From a virus, in IMG/VR virus record IMGVR_UViG_3300020390_000002, positions 1-64,000 of that record: a DNA stretch of 64,000 bases; one strand, written 5' to 3'. Position 1 is the first letter of the stretch; each line of letters begins with the position of its first letter. The position numbers and the translations under genes are program-made. This document shows positions 1 through 8,973 of the stretch, piece after piece. A model generated the notes under the pieces. That model was not told the origin of the DNA, did no database searches, and saw only the letters and a program-made list of their open reading frames with translations.

Positions 1-133
1 TTACCGGGGGCGTCGCCGGCGGCGGGGCCGGGGGTTCAGGATTGGGAGCACCGCCGCTACCCTGTCCAGGGTCGCCGGCGTCGGTCGCTGTGTTCATCGG
101 CCCGTACTTGAGCCATTGGTTCCGGATAAGCAT
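1..133 (-). CDS. Probable head scaffolding protein, N-terminal part (runs off window start)
   Basis: ATG at 133 with GAGGA RBS; MLIRNQWLKYGPMNTATDAGDPGQGSGGAPNPEPPAPPP is a G/P-rich N-terminus; lies directly downstream of portal. Confidence 0.6.
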   Translation of the reverse strand, partial: MLIRNQWLKYGPMNTATDAGDPGQGSGGAPNPEPPAPPPATPPV

Positions 134-201
134 CTACAGTCCTCTGGCCAGTCTCTCGGCCGTCGTGGTTGGGGTGACCTGTCTCTCGGTCGGTTCTGGG
201 C

Positions 202-1713
202 CTATTCCGCCGTCGCGGTTTGGGCTCCGGGTTGGTCGGCTGAATTGCCGGCCGGGTCTTGTTCGGCCGGGTCTGTCGGCCAGTCATTGATCTGTTGCTT
301 CAGGCGCGCTTTCAGGTCGCGCGACATCTGCGGGAACAACTTGCGAGCAACGACATCCATCTGGCTCTGCTGGAGCGCCTGCGGCGCGTTGAGCAGCGAC
401 AGGCGCGAAGCGATCTCGATGTCGTCGAACAGCCCGCGGACGTCGAAGTCCTTCGGGTAGGTGACCGGCTCGAATCGGTCCAGGTCGCGGCTGCGCGGCT
501 TGCCGGTCCACAGATCGACCAGCTGAGCCAGTCGATTCTCGGCGCGGTTGAGGGTCGCGGCCTTGGAGGCCAGCAGCGAGTTCACCCGCTCGAAGTCGTA
601 GGCTTTGGCTACGCCTGAGCTGTTGTCGATGCCGACCGCGTTGTCCTGCTTGGTGCGCTCACCCGCCATGCCGACGGTGTGATAAATCTCGTTGATGATC
701 GTCTTGATCACCGTGATGATCAGCTCGGCCTGGGTCGGGTCTGGCGACAGGTAGTGCGGCTTGTTGCCACCCTCACCGCCGTCGTAGACGAAGATGCGCT
801 TGGTGCCCAGCTCCAGCAGCTTCTTGTAGGTGTCGTCCTGCGCCGAGATGTTCTGCGCCGGCATGGCCAGCTGCGAGAACGTCTGGTCCTGGATGATCGC
901 GTCGAGGTTGCTCAGGTAGTTGGCAACCGCGCGGTCCAGGTAGGCGATGTCATTGATCAGCGACGGGCTGTGATACAGGTCTTCCGAGACGCCCATATGG
1001 TCGACCGGGAAGCCCGGCACCACGCCGAGTCCGTGAACGCCGGAGGCGACCTGAACGATCGGCCCGTCGTGTTCGTCCCCGGACGCCTGAAATAGCATCC
1101 ACTCGTTGCGCGTCCAGAGCCGATACTGCTCGATCACGTCGCCGGTGCAGTTCAGCGGGTCGGTGTCGTCGCGGTCGTGCTCGAGAAACAGCACCCAGAG
1201 CGGCACACCCATGCGGTCATAGCCGACATCCAGCACGTTCTGGGGGCGCACGATGTAGGCGTAGATCCGCGCATCCTGCTCACGCTGGTCGGCCAGGTTC
1301 TTCGTGCCGCCGGTGGCGGTCGAATCGGTCATCACCCAGATGCGGCCGAACGTGGACGACTTGGTGTCGACCAGACGCATGAACTGGGAGATGTCCTGCC
1401 CGTCGCGGGTGGCGCAGTGCCAGAAGTCGCGGAGCACTTCGCTCGCGCCTTCGTCGTTGCGCAGGATCTCGCCTTTGAAAATGTACTTCGACACGAGATT
1501 GACCACCTCGCGCGAATGGTTGAACCGATAGGCCCGGTTCACACGGGCGCGGTATTCGCCGCGACCTTCCTTGTGATACTTGAAGACGTTGTCCTTGAAC
1601 CACGCCCGGCCGCCGCGATACGTGGATTCGACGAAGTCCCAGTGGGGCTTCATCGCGTCGTAATCGGGGTGACGGCGCTTGACTAGCTTGTCCAGTGCAG
1701 TTTCTTGGGGCAA
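202..1713 (-). CDS. Portal protein
   Basis: 503 aa immediately after terminase; TTG start with GAGGA RBS; HPDY...W start and SGVAKAYDF motif typical of siphovirus portals. Confidence 0.85.
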   Translation of the reverse strand: MPQETALDKLVKRRHPDYDAMKPHWDFVESTYRGGRAWFKDNVFKYHKEGRGEYRARVNRAYRFNHSREVVNLVSKYIFKGEILRNDEGASEVLRDFWHCATRDGQDISQFMRLVDTKSSTFGRIWVMTDSTATGGTKNLADQREQDARIYAYIVRPQNVLDVGYDRMGVPLWVLFLEHDRDDTDPLNCTGDVIEQYRLWTRNEWMLFQASGDEHDGPIVQVASGVHGLGVVPGFPVDHMGVSEDLYHSPSLINDIAYLDRAVANYLSNLDAIIQDQTFSQLAMPAQNISAQDDTYKKLLELGTKRIFVYDGGEGGNKPHYLSPDPTQAELIITVIKTIINEIYHTVGMAGERTKQDNAVGIDNSSGVAKAYDFERVNSLLASKAATLNRAENRLAQLVDLWTGKPRSRDLDRFEPVTYPKDFDVRGLFDDIEIASRLSLLNAPQALQQSQMDVVARKLFPQMSRDLKARLKQQINDWPTDPAEQDPAGNSADQPGAQTATAE

Positions 1714-1784
1714 GGACAGTCCTCGGTGTAAGGTGCAATTATCTCAACAAAGGCGCTGGCGATCAAGTCAGCGCTGACTTATTT

Positions 1785-3023
1785 TTACAGCGAAATACCG
1801 GCCAGCGTGTGCTTGATGATCGGGAACTCGAACTCGAGCGGGTAACCCAGCGCGTCGGTCGCGTGTTCGGCGCCCGCCTGCTTGTCGATGTCGCGCGACC
1901 CCGGCTTGTAGATCGTCTGTTCGAGCGACTTGATGGTGTTCTTGCAGGACTCGTCGATATGCAGGCGCACCACACCGGAGGCGGTCTCCAGCAGCGAGTT
2001 GACCGCGTTCACGCGGTCGGCGATCGGCGGGTGCTTCTTGCGGTGCTTGATCTTCCTGAAGCCGGCCTGGCGGAACACGTCCAGATCGGACTCACCGCGC
2101 CCGGACTGTCGATAGCTGCCGGCCGGATCGGGGTAGATCGTGACGGCGTCCTGCCAGCGCCAGAACTTGCGATCGAGCGCCGCACAGACGTCGGCCGTGT
2201 TCGAACTCGGCAGATATATCTCGTCGACCACCCACAGCTCGCCGGAGGGCTGCGGCTGGATGATCACGCTCGACATCGGGTCGATGTTGAAGTCCTGCCC
2301 GACCCAGATCGGCAGACCCGGGTTGAAGGGGAACTTGCCGACGTGCTTGGTGCGATCGAACGGGTAGTAGACGCGCCCGGCCATCGACTCGAAGCTCGCC
2401 TCGTACTCCTGACGGAACGTCTTGGGGTCCAGCTCGTTGCGCGCGGCCTCGATCTCCTCCGGCGGCACGAACGGCGACTGTGACGTCGGGAACTGCCAGG
2501 ACTTCCACACGCCCGCCTGCTGGTAATCGCCGCGCTGGCCCATGCGGTAGTGGTCGTAGAGGATGTTGAAGCCCTTGGGCGTGCCCTGAATCAGCGCGCC
2601 GCCGCGGGTGGCCGACAGGGTCGGTCGGATGACCTTGCCCCAGACGTCGGGCTTCATGTCCTGGGCCTCGTCGAGGACCACGTAGTGCAGACCCACGCCG
2701 CGCAGGGTGTCAGGCTTGTCCGCGCCCTTGAGCTCGATCACCGAGCCGTTGATGAGCAGGATGCGCAGGCGCGTGTCGTTGATCTTCTTGATCCAGCGCC
2801 GCGGGATCGCGTCCTTGAGCTCTTCCCACATGATGTCGCGCGCCATCTGATAGGTCGGCGCGACATACCAGATGCGCTGCTTTTTCTTCTTGCCCGCCTT
2901 GTCGATCATGATCACGCGGGCCAAAAACGTCTTGCCGGATCGGCGCCCCGCCACCATCGTCTTGAATCGGTGCGGCGCAGAGTAGACCTCGAGCTGCTTG
3001 GGGTGCAGCGGCAGCGCAGGCAT
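1785..3023 (-). CDS. terL: Terminase large subunit
   Basis: Walker A AGRRSGKT, Walker B VVLDEAQD, coupling motif GTPKG, nuclease motifs GQDFNIDP and HATDALGY. Confidence 0.95.
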   Translation of the reverse strand: MPALPLHPKQLEVYSAPHRFKTMVAGRRSGKTFLARVIMIDKAGKKKKQRIWYVAPTYQMARDIMWEELKDAIPRRWIKKINDTRLRILLINGSVIELKGADKPDTLRGVGLHYVVLDEAQDMKPDVWGKVIRPTLSATRGGALIQGTPKGFNILYDHYRMGQRGDYQQAGVWKSWQFPTSQSPFVPPEEIEAARNELDPKTFRQEYEASFESMAGRVYYPFDRTKHVGKFPFNPGLPIWVGQDFNIDPMSSVIIQPQPSGELWVVDEIYLPSSNTADVCAALDRKFWRWQDAVTIYPDPAGSYRQSGRGESDLDVFRQAGFRKIKHRKKHPPIADRVNAVNSLLETASGVVRLHIDESCKNTIKSLEQTIYKPGSRDIDKQAGAEHATDALGYPLEFEFPIIKHTLAGISL

Positions 3024-3688
3024 TATCCGGAGATGTCCGCGCCATCCAGGTCGGATTCGCTCAGGTCGTCGAGATCCTCGGCGAGCTTGTCGTCGCTGTA
3101 GTTCTGCAGGTGCTCGGCCAGTTCGTCGTCGTTCTGGATCACGTGCAGGCGCGCGATCTCCTCGGCGGTCAGGCCGCGGATGATCAGCTCCGGCAGCTCC
3201 TCGTCCAGGCCGACATCCTTGTCGAGGCCCAGCAGCGTCCAGCGCTCCTCACGCGCGATCTTGCAGATTTCGATCGCCACCTTGATCGCCTTGAGGTTGG
3301 CCATCGCGGTGGCCATCGGGTTGCCCTTATTTCGGGCCGCGGCCAGCTCGGCCATGCCCAGGCGCGCGAGCATCTGCGCCCACTTGTAGTGCTCTTCCTT
3401 GGTCTCGCGAATCTTGATCAGCAGCTCGGCGCCGTCGTTGGCACCGGCTTCAGCGATACTGTCGCGAACCGCGGTGGCCACATCCTTGGAGCCCTTGACG
3501 ACGCCGCGCTTGGTGAAGCGACGGGACAGCGTCTCGTGACGCACGCCGAAGCGTTCGGCCAGCTGCTTGAGGGTGAACTCGCCGGAGGCCCACAGGGCTT
3601 CGGCTTCTCCCCACTGGGTGGGCGTCAGACGATTCGACTTGGGGGTAGCGATGCGTGCAGCCAGATCATCGCGCTTGGACTTGGCCAT
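3023..3688 (-). CDS. terS: Terminase small subunit (N-terminal HTH)
   Basis: HTH TLKQLAERFGVRHETLSRRF; acidic tail; abuts terL start. Confidence 0.75.
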   Translation of the reverse strand: MAKSKRDDLAARIATPKSNRLTPTQWGEAEALWASGEFTLKQLAERFGVRHETLSRRFTKRGVVKGSKDVATAVRDSIAEAGANDGAELLIKIRETKEEHYKWAQMLARLGMAELAAARNKGNPMATAMANLKAIKVAIEICKIAREERWTLLGLDKDVGLDEELPELIIRGLTAEEIARLHVIQNDDELAEHLQNYSDDKLAEDLDDLSESDLDGADISG

Positions 3689-4310
3689 TGGATTCCCAGA
3701 AAGCGGGGTCCATGCGGACCCCGAATACCCAGCGGAGGAGGAGAACGGACAACGGCTAACCGAAGCATTGTCCGGGCGGATTATATCGCGGAAGCGTGTT
3801 TACGTTCAATCAGCGCTGACTTACTTTGACAGCAGGGCGCTCCTGGCCGGTGCTCACGCTTCGATCGTCACGTGGGCCGTGTCCTCGTATCCCCTGCCCT
3901 CTGATCTACGCTCCTAGCGCTTCCTAGAGCGTCAAACGTCATCTGAATCCAGTGATTACACAATTTCCGTTTATGTGTGTCTTTTTTATTGTGTTTTCGC
4001 TATTGTTTATTGGTTCTGATTTCTGATGGCTGTTGTTATAAGATAGGGATCGGGTGTTATGAATTAAAAATCGCGAATTTCCTTTTAAAATCAACTGGCC
4101 AACGCAATTTACGGATTTTCATAACGGCAGTTTTCAAGGCATGTGCCTCAGAGCTCAGAAAGAGATCGATGAGACTCGCGGAATGGTGATCCAAACTGCC
4201 CCGACGCCGCGCGATAGTTTTTAGCTATCGTCATCATTACCCCGATCTATCACCCTCGCGGAGCGCGCTTCAGCACCCGCTGATGCCTGCGGCGTGCCGC
4301 GCGGCAAACC

Positions 4311-4634
4311 TCACTGATCGCTGATGCTCGCGTCCGTTTTCTCTTGATGCGGGCCGGGTGCGCGCCCCACGTGCTTATAGAGATCGCGCCCCATGACCTG
4401 CATGCCGAGCACGGTGGCTGCGATCACGCGCCGGTTGCGCTCCCTGCGGGTCTCGCAGTCGAGCTTGGTGAGCAGCCCCTTCTTGACCAGAAACCGAATC
4501 GAGCACTGCAGCGCCTGGCGCTTGCACTCGTAGGACAGGCGCTCGTGGATCTGCCCCATGTCCAGCCACTGCCCCGCCCCGTCGCCGCGGGAGACGATGT
4601 TGAGGATTTCGATCTGCTTGGCAGTCAGTCGCAT
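4311..4634 (-). CDS. Winged-helix DNA-binding protein
   Basis: LTAKQIEIL...SIRFLVKKGLLTK...RRVIAATVLG, MarR/wHTH-like pattern. Confidence 0.65.
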   Translation of the reverse strand: MRLTAKQIEILNIVSRGDGAGQWLDMGQIHERLSYECKRQALQCSIRFLVKKGLLTKLDCETRRERNRRVIAATVLGMQVMGRDLYKHVGRAPGPHQEKTDASISDQ

Positions 4635-4825
4635 GGCTTGTCGCGCTCCATCGCGTCCAGATAGGCGGCCCGCTCAGGCGTCCAGGGCAGCGCCATGTCG
4701 AGCCCCTCGTGGCTGTAGAACTCCAGCCGGCAGCGCTGGCACACAATGCGCGCGCAGTGCGCGTTGTAGCGGTGCGCGACATGCAGATCGTGACCCTTGA
4801 AGATGCAGAGCAGGGATTGCCACAT
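4625..4825 (-). CDS. Hypothetical Cys/His protein
   Basis: MWQSLLCIFKGHD...CQRC; coupled to neighbours. Confidence 0.55.
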   Translation of the reverse strand: MWQSLLCIFKGHDLHVAHRYNAHCARIVCQRCRLEFYSHEGLDMALPWTPERAAYLDAMERDKPCD

Positions 4826-4827
4826 CG

Positions 4828-5085
4828 CTAGTCCTCGATCAGTTGATTGGCATGGGTGGAGATACGCGGGCCGAACGGCTCTTCGCCCAGGCGCGTGAAG
4901 TCCCAGCGCCCGAACAGATCCTTGTCGCAGTCGGCGCATCGATAGCCCACATGCCAGCCGTGATCGATGCGCAGCAGCGTCGGGTGCTTGCAGGTGTTCT
5001 GATGCCACCAGCGCACCAGCCGACGAGCCCAGCGCGCCAGCGCCTGCTTGAACCGCTCCACCGCGAGCCGGATTTTCTCGATCAT
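4828..5085 (-). CDS. Hypothetical zinc-finger-like protein
   Basis: CKH...CADC; start overlaps upstream stop. Confidence 0.55.
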   Translation of the reverse strand: MIEKIRLAVERFKQALARWARRLVRWWHQNTCKHPTLLRIDHGWHVGYRCADCDKDLFGRWDFTRLGEEPFGPRISTHANQLIED

Positions 5086-5306
5086 GAGTCGCTGACCTCG
5101 CCCTGATCCTCGACCGACTCGAACCAGACATCGAAGGCCGGGTCGCCGCGCTCGATGCTGTAGCCGAAGGCGCCGTAGGAATCGCGAGTCAGGCCCAGCG
5201 ATGCCTCGTAGCTGTCGTGATGGAAGGTGCGGACGGTGCCGTCCATCGGATACAGCACGGTGCCGGCCGGAATGACCACGTCGTGCTTCAGACGAATTGC
5301 CCTCAT
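5082..5306 (-). CDS. Hypothetical protein
   Basis: ATG with GGAGA RBS; phage-like codon use. Confidence 0.6.
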   Translation of the reverse strand: MRAIRLKHDVVIPAGTVLYPMDGTVRTFHHDSYEASLGLTRDSYGAFGYSIERGDPAFDVWFESVEDQGEVSDS

Positions 5307-5366
5307 GGGGTCTCCTTTCGTGATTCGCGAACTGGAATGGTGGGCGGGACCGGGCACTCCCGATCG

Positions 5367-5600
5367 TCAGTCGTTGCCGACCTCCCCTTGCGGGCCGCCC
5401 GTTGATTTTTCGAACACAGCGATCCGATCGCCCAGCACGACGCTGAGCGAGCACATCAGGCAGTGCTGGCGCCGCAGCAGCCTCCGCTCATCCGGGGCGA
5501 GATCGGCGAACTGATAGGTGCCCAGGAAATAGCCCAGATTGGCTCTTCGCCTATCGAGATCGGCCTTCTCTTCGACGACGCGCTGCTGAAGCGGTGTCAT
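5367..5600 (-). CDS. Small helical phage protein (crAss001_48-like)
   Basis: QQRVVEEKADLD...F..L...ERRLL..Q...M......L..RI pattern. Confidence 0.6.
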   Translation of the reverse strand: MTPLQQRVVEEKADLDRRRANLGYFLGTYQFADLAPDERRLLRRQHCLMCSLSVVLGDRIAVFEKSTGGPQGEVGND

Positions 5601-6499
5601 GCAGATTCCCCCTGAAGGTTGGTGAGTCGCGACAGATCCAGCGGCTGGTCGTGGCGCTGCCAGTCGAACGCCGACAGCGGCAACCGGGCCGGCAGCTCGC
5701 GGCCGGCATCGGGGTTGGTGTAGCAGCCGTACATCGGCGAGCTGAATACCAGCTGATTGATGTTCTTGAGCAGCTCCGGGGTCGCCATGCCGGCGACATG
5801 CTCGACGCCGTCGTTGTTCTTGCGCCCGGTCTTCTCGGTCGCCGAGTGCTTGTAGTAGAACGCCTTGAGGTCGCGGATCGCCTTCTTGCGCAGCCCCGAC
5901 GGCATGGTCTCGATCTCTTCCAGGATCGCCTCGGAGTCCGCCGGGTGGGCGTCGAAATACCGCGCCATGAGCACGATGCCCTGGTCGTACATCTTCGCCA
6001 GGGTCGGCTCGTTGAACACGAAGCCGGCGCGCATGGCGAAGGGGTTGAACTTGCTCATCGAGGAGGCCAGCTCGGTGTAGCGCTTGCCTTCCATACGACA
6101 GGCCAGGTTGAGCATCCGATAGCTCACGCCGACGCTGCGATAGAGCGTATCGACGACGGTGCGGCTGCAGGTGTTGAAGTTCCGGTTGATGAACTTCGCC
6201 CGGTAGACGTTGGTGACCTTGGTCTCGACGCCCGGCTTGAGCTTGGGGAACATGATGTGGCGCTGGGCGAGCAGCAGACGCGGCACGCACAGAACGACCA
6301 CACCCACCAGCTGCGGGCCATGCTCGGTCTCGAGCATGCAGCGCCAGTAATGCGGGCCGACCAGATTGCCTTCCGCCTTGTAGTGGAAGCGATGCAGTCG
6401 GTCCCAGTCGGCGGTCACGCCGCGCTCGACATACATCCGGTCGAGCAGGGAAAACGGCTGGGCGTCGCCGGAGCGGCGCTCGATGGTGACGTCACGCAT
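5597..6499 (-). CDS. GNAT-fold acetyltransferase-like protein, putative DNA-modification enzyme
   Basis: SRTVVDTLYRSVGVSYRML resembles GNAT acyl-CoA motif A; MSKFNPFAMRAGF C-terminal motif; next to ABC ATPase and ParB genes. Confidence 0.7.
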   Translation of the reverse strand: MRDVTIERRSGDAQPFSLLDRMYVERGVTADWDRLHRFHYKAEGNLVGPHYWRCMLETEHGPQLVGVVVLCVPRLLLAQRHIMFPKLKPGVETKVTNVYRAKFINRNFNTCSRTVVDTLYRSVGVSYRMLNLACRMEGKRYTELASSMSKFNPFAMRAGFVFNEPTLAKMYDQGIVLMARYFDAHPADSEAILEEIETMPSGLRKKAIRDLKAFYYKHSATEKTGRKNNDGVEHVAGMATPELLKNINQLVFSSPMYGCYTNPDAGRELPARLPLSAFDWQRHDQPLDLSRLTNLQGESA

Positions 6500-6806
6500 C
6501 GGCAGCGATCAGCTGCGCCAGGGTGCGCAACTGGCGCTGCCCGTCGATCATCACCGCCAGCAGCACGGTGTCCCGGGCCTTGTAGATCGGATTGCGGCGA
6601 TAACCGTCGGTGAGCACCACGCCCGAATAGAGCATGCCGCGGGTGTGCATTTCGTCCCACCCGTAGACCAGCGGCGTATGCAGCTTGTCCTCGGCCGTCT
6701 CCGCGCTGCTGCGCTCGTGGCAGTAGCCTCGGAACAGGTTGACGTTGCCGGCGAGCACGAGGATCGGCTTCGGCCGGCGCCACTTCTTCTTCGGGGTGTT
6801 GATCAC
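6492..6806 (-). CDS. Hypothetical protein
   Basis: Overlaps both neighbours in the operon. Confidence 0.55.
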   Translation of the reverse strand: MINTPKKKWRRPKPILVLAGNVNLFRGYCHERSSAETAEDKLHTPLVYGWDEMHTRGMLYSGVVLTDGYRRNPIYKARDTVLLAVMIDGQRQLRTLAQLIAADA

Positions 6807-7456
6807 GAGCGGCGCTCCGGGTAGGTGGATACAGCGACCCGGTTCTCGTAGTGCTTGGTCACCACGAGGGTCGGGTTGAGATCGAATTCGAGATCGCTGT
6901 GGGTAGTGGCCACCAGCACGGTTGCGCCAGCCTCGCGCGCCATCTTCTGCAGGCAGAAGGCCACGACCTTGGCGGTGTCGCGATCCAGGGTCGCGCCGAA
7001 CTCGTCAGCGACCCAGACGGTCGCGCCGGACTCGATGACCTTGGCGAGCTTGAAGCGATACTTCTGCCCGTCGGAGAGCTGACTCGGCGAGCGCACGAAC
7101 AGATAGGCGTCGTTGAGCCCGGCCATCGACAGCAGACGCACGGCGTCCGCCATGTTCTCGCCCACCTGGTCGATCAGGGGGCGCTCGTCGTATTGCACCT
7201 CGTCGAGCGAGGCGACGCGCAGCCACTCCTGGGTGCGCATCTGACGATGCAGTTCCTTGAGCAGCTGCGACTTGCCCGAGCCGGACTGGCCGGTGATATA
7301 GACCACGTCGCCCTGCAGCACCTCGAGCTTCAGCCCCTCGTAGAGCACGAACTCCTTGTTCGCCAGGCCGATGCCGAAGGCTTCGGCGCACTCGAGCACT
7401 CGCGGGGTGCGATCGACACGCGAGGAGAACGACTTGCTGATGACGTATTCGGTCAT
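6803..7456 (-). CDS. Soluble ABC-type ATPase
   Basis: GQSGSGKS, signature LSDGQ, Walker B WVADEF, H-loop ATTH; no permease nearby. Confidence 0.9.
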   Translation of the reverse strand: MTEYVISKSFSSRVDRTPRVLECAEAFGIGLANKEFVLYEGLKLEVLQGDVVYITGQSGSGKSQLLKELHRQMRTQEWLRVASLDEVQYDERPLIDQVGENMADAVRLLSMAGLNDAYLFVRSPSQLSDGQKYRFKLAKVIESGATVWVADEFGATLDRDTAKVVAFCLQKMAREAGATVLVATTHSDLEFDLNPTLVVTKHYENRVAVSTYPERRS

Positions 7457-8115
7457 GCCGGCAGCCCGCTGTGCTTCTCGGCGTACATCAGGAAGGCATC
7501 CAGCCCCTCGGCTTCGGTCTCCTCCTCGATGCGCCCGATGAAGGCGGCCACGATCTTCTGCATGGTCGCGGGGACCCTCTTGAACCCCAGCAGGTCGGTG
7601 ATCGCCACGTCGCCCTTCTTGGCGTTCTCGATCGCGGCTTCCTGGGTGCGGGTCTGGGCATCCACGGAGGCGCCCAGATCGATGACCACCTTCTCGTCGC
7701 TGAAGTCGCCGAGATCGGCGGTCAGAAAGTCCAGCTCGCGCGCGTCGAAGCCGGTGTTGAGCAGGTCGTCGGTCATCGCCAGCGCGGCCAGCTCGGCCTG
7801 CAGCAGCTCGGTGTCGTAATCGGTCGAGGAGACGCGGTTGTCGGCCAGGCGAGCCGCCTTGACCTGGTCGGGGGTGAGATCGTCACGCACGATCACCGGC
7901 ACCTGGGTCATGCCCAGCTTGAGCGCCGCCAGGCGCCGGCCGTGCCCCTTGATGATCACGCCGTCGGCGTCGACCACGATCGGCTGATCCCAGCCGTGCT
8001 CGCTGATCTGCTGGGCGAGCTTCGTGACCTGCAGCTCGTCGTGGATCTTGGCGTTCTTTTCGTAGGGCAGGATGGTCTCGATGTCCCGCGCGACGATCTT
8101 GAGCTTGTCGGTCAT
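7453..8115 (-). CDS. ParB/Srx N-terminal domain protein
   Basis: PYEKNAKIH...GWDQPIVVD...IIKGHGRRLAA...RLADNR. Confidence 0.9.
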   Translation of the reverse strand: MTDKLKIVARDIETILPYEKNAKIHDELQVTKLAQQISEHGWDQPIVVDADGVIIKGHGRRLAALKLGMTQVPVIVRDDLTPDQVKAARLADNRVSSTDYDTELLQAELAALAMTDDLLNTGFDARELDFLTADLGDFSDEKVVIDLGASVDAQTRTQEAAIENAKKGDVAITDLLGFKRVPATMQKIVAAFIGRIEEETEAEGLDAFLMYAEKHSGLPA

Positions 8116-8262
8116 TTACCAGCCCTCGCTGAAATCAAGCGGCTCGCGCTCGTCGACGGGCTCGTATTGCTCGCCGGCCGGGCACTCGTCACAGACGTCG
8201 GAGTTGCAGTCCTCGAAGTTCACGCAGGAAAGGCACTCCGGGAAACGGATTCGGTCATTCAT
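8116..8262 (-). CDS. 48-aa Cys-rich protein (not in ORF track)
   Basis: MNDRIRFPECLSCVNFEDCNSDVCDECPAGEQYEPVDEREPLDFSEGW fills the gap between the two ParB genes. Confidence 0.7.
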   Translation of the reverse strand: MNDRIRFPECLSCVNFEDCNSDVCDECPAGEQYEPVDEREPLDFSEGW

Positions 8263-8950
8263 GGCTTGGCCCCTTCCCCTGGGCCGAATGGGTGATGAGA
8301 TGGAGTAGCGCGTTGCCGGCGTTGATCTCGGCGAGGTCGTCGGTGAACGACTGCGTGCGCATGATCTTTTCGATGACGTCGGTGACCACGTGGGCGTCCT
8401 TGACGGGCACGCGGAACTTGATCGTCTGATGGGTGGGCGGTGCCGTGGGCTCCAGCGGCGCGGTCGTCACCGTGGTGGGCTCATCGGGGAAGCCGATGCT
8501 GTCCAGATCGATGTCGGTGGCGGCGAAGATCGCGTCCACATCGGTCATCTCGATCGGCAGCAGTTCCACCAGGGTGTCGGCGCCCAGCTCACGGAAGATG
8601 TCGGCAAGCAGCAGGCTGTCGTCGGTGCCGTAGCGGCCGTTGTCGATCAGCCCGATCTCCTTCGCCTGTGCGTCGTCGATCGGCCCCAGGTTGATGACCG
8701 GCACGCTGGCCAGACCCATGCGCTCGGCGACCTTGACGCGGTGCGCGCCGCCCAGGATTTCGAGCTGGCCGTCGGCACGCTCGCGCACCAGCACGGGCTT
8801 GAACATGCCGTTGCGACGGATGGACGCCTCGATCTTCACCTCGTTCTCGGGACCGACCACGTTCGGGTTCCACGGATTCGGGTGCAGCCGAGACGGATCG
8901 ATCTTGAGGATTTCGTGTGCGTCCAAAAAAGATTCTCCCAGGGGTTGCAT
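8255..8950 (-). CDS. ParB/Srx N-terminal domain protein
   Basis: LHPNPWNPN...GMFKPVLVRE...EILGGAHRVK; exact start uncertain. Confidence 0.88.
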   Translation of the reverse strand: MQPLGESFLDAHEILKIDPSRLHPNPWNPNVVGPENEVKIEASIRRNGMFKPVLVRERADGQLEILGGAHRVKVAERMGLASVPVINLGPIDDAQAKEIGLIDNGRYGTDDSLLLADIFRELGADTLVELLPIEMTDVDAIFAATDIDLDSIGFPDEPTTVTTAPLEPTAPPTHQTIKFRVPVKDAHVVTDVIEKIMRTQSFTDDLAEINAGNALLHLITHSAQGKGPSHE

Positions 8951-8973
8951 TTAAGTCAGTGCTGACTTACTAT
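8937..8973 (+). promoter_or_regulatory. Sigma70-like promoter with palindromic operator in spacer
   Basis: CCC-N5-TTGCAT-N17-TACTAT; TAAGTCAGTGCTGACTTA at 8952-8969, between divergent operons. Confidence 0.75.

Noticed and set aside
6803-7456. ABC transporter
   Set aside because: No permease or substrate-binding gene; the context is DNA packaging.
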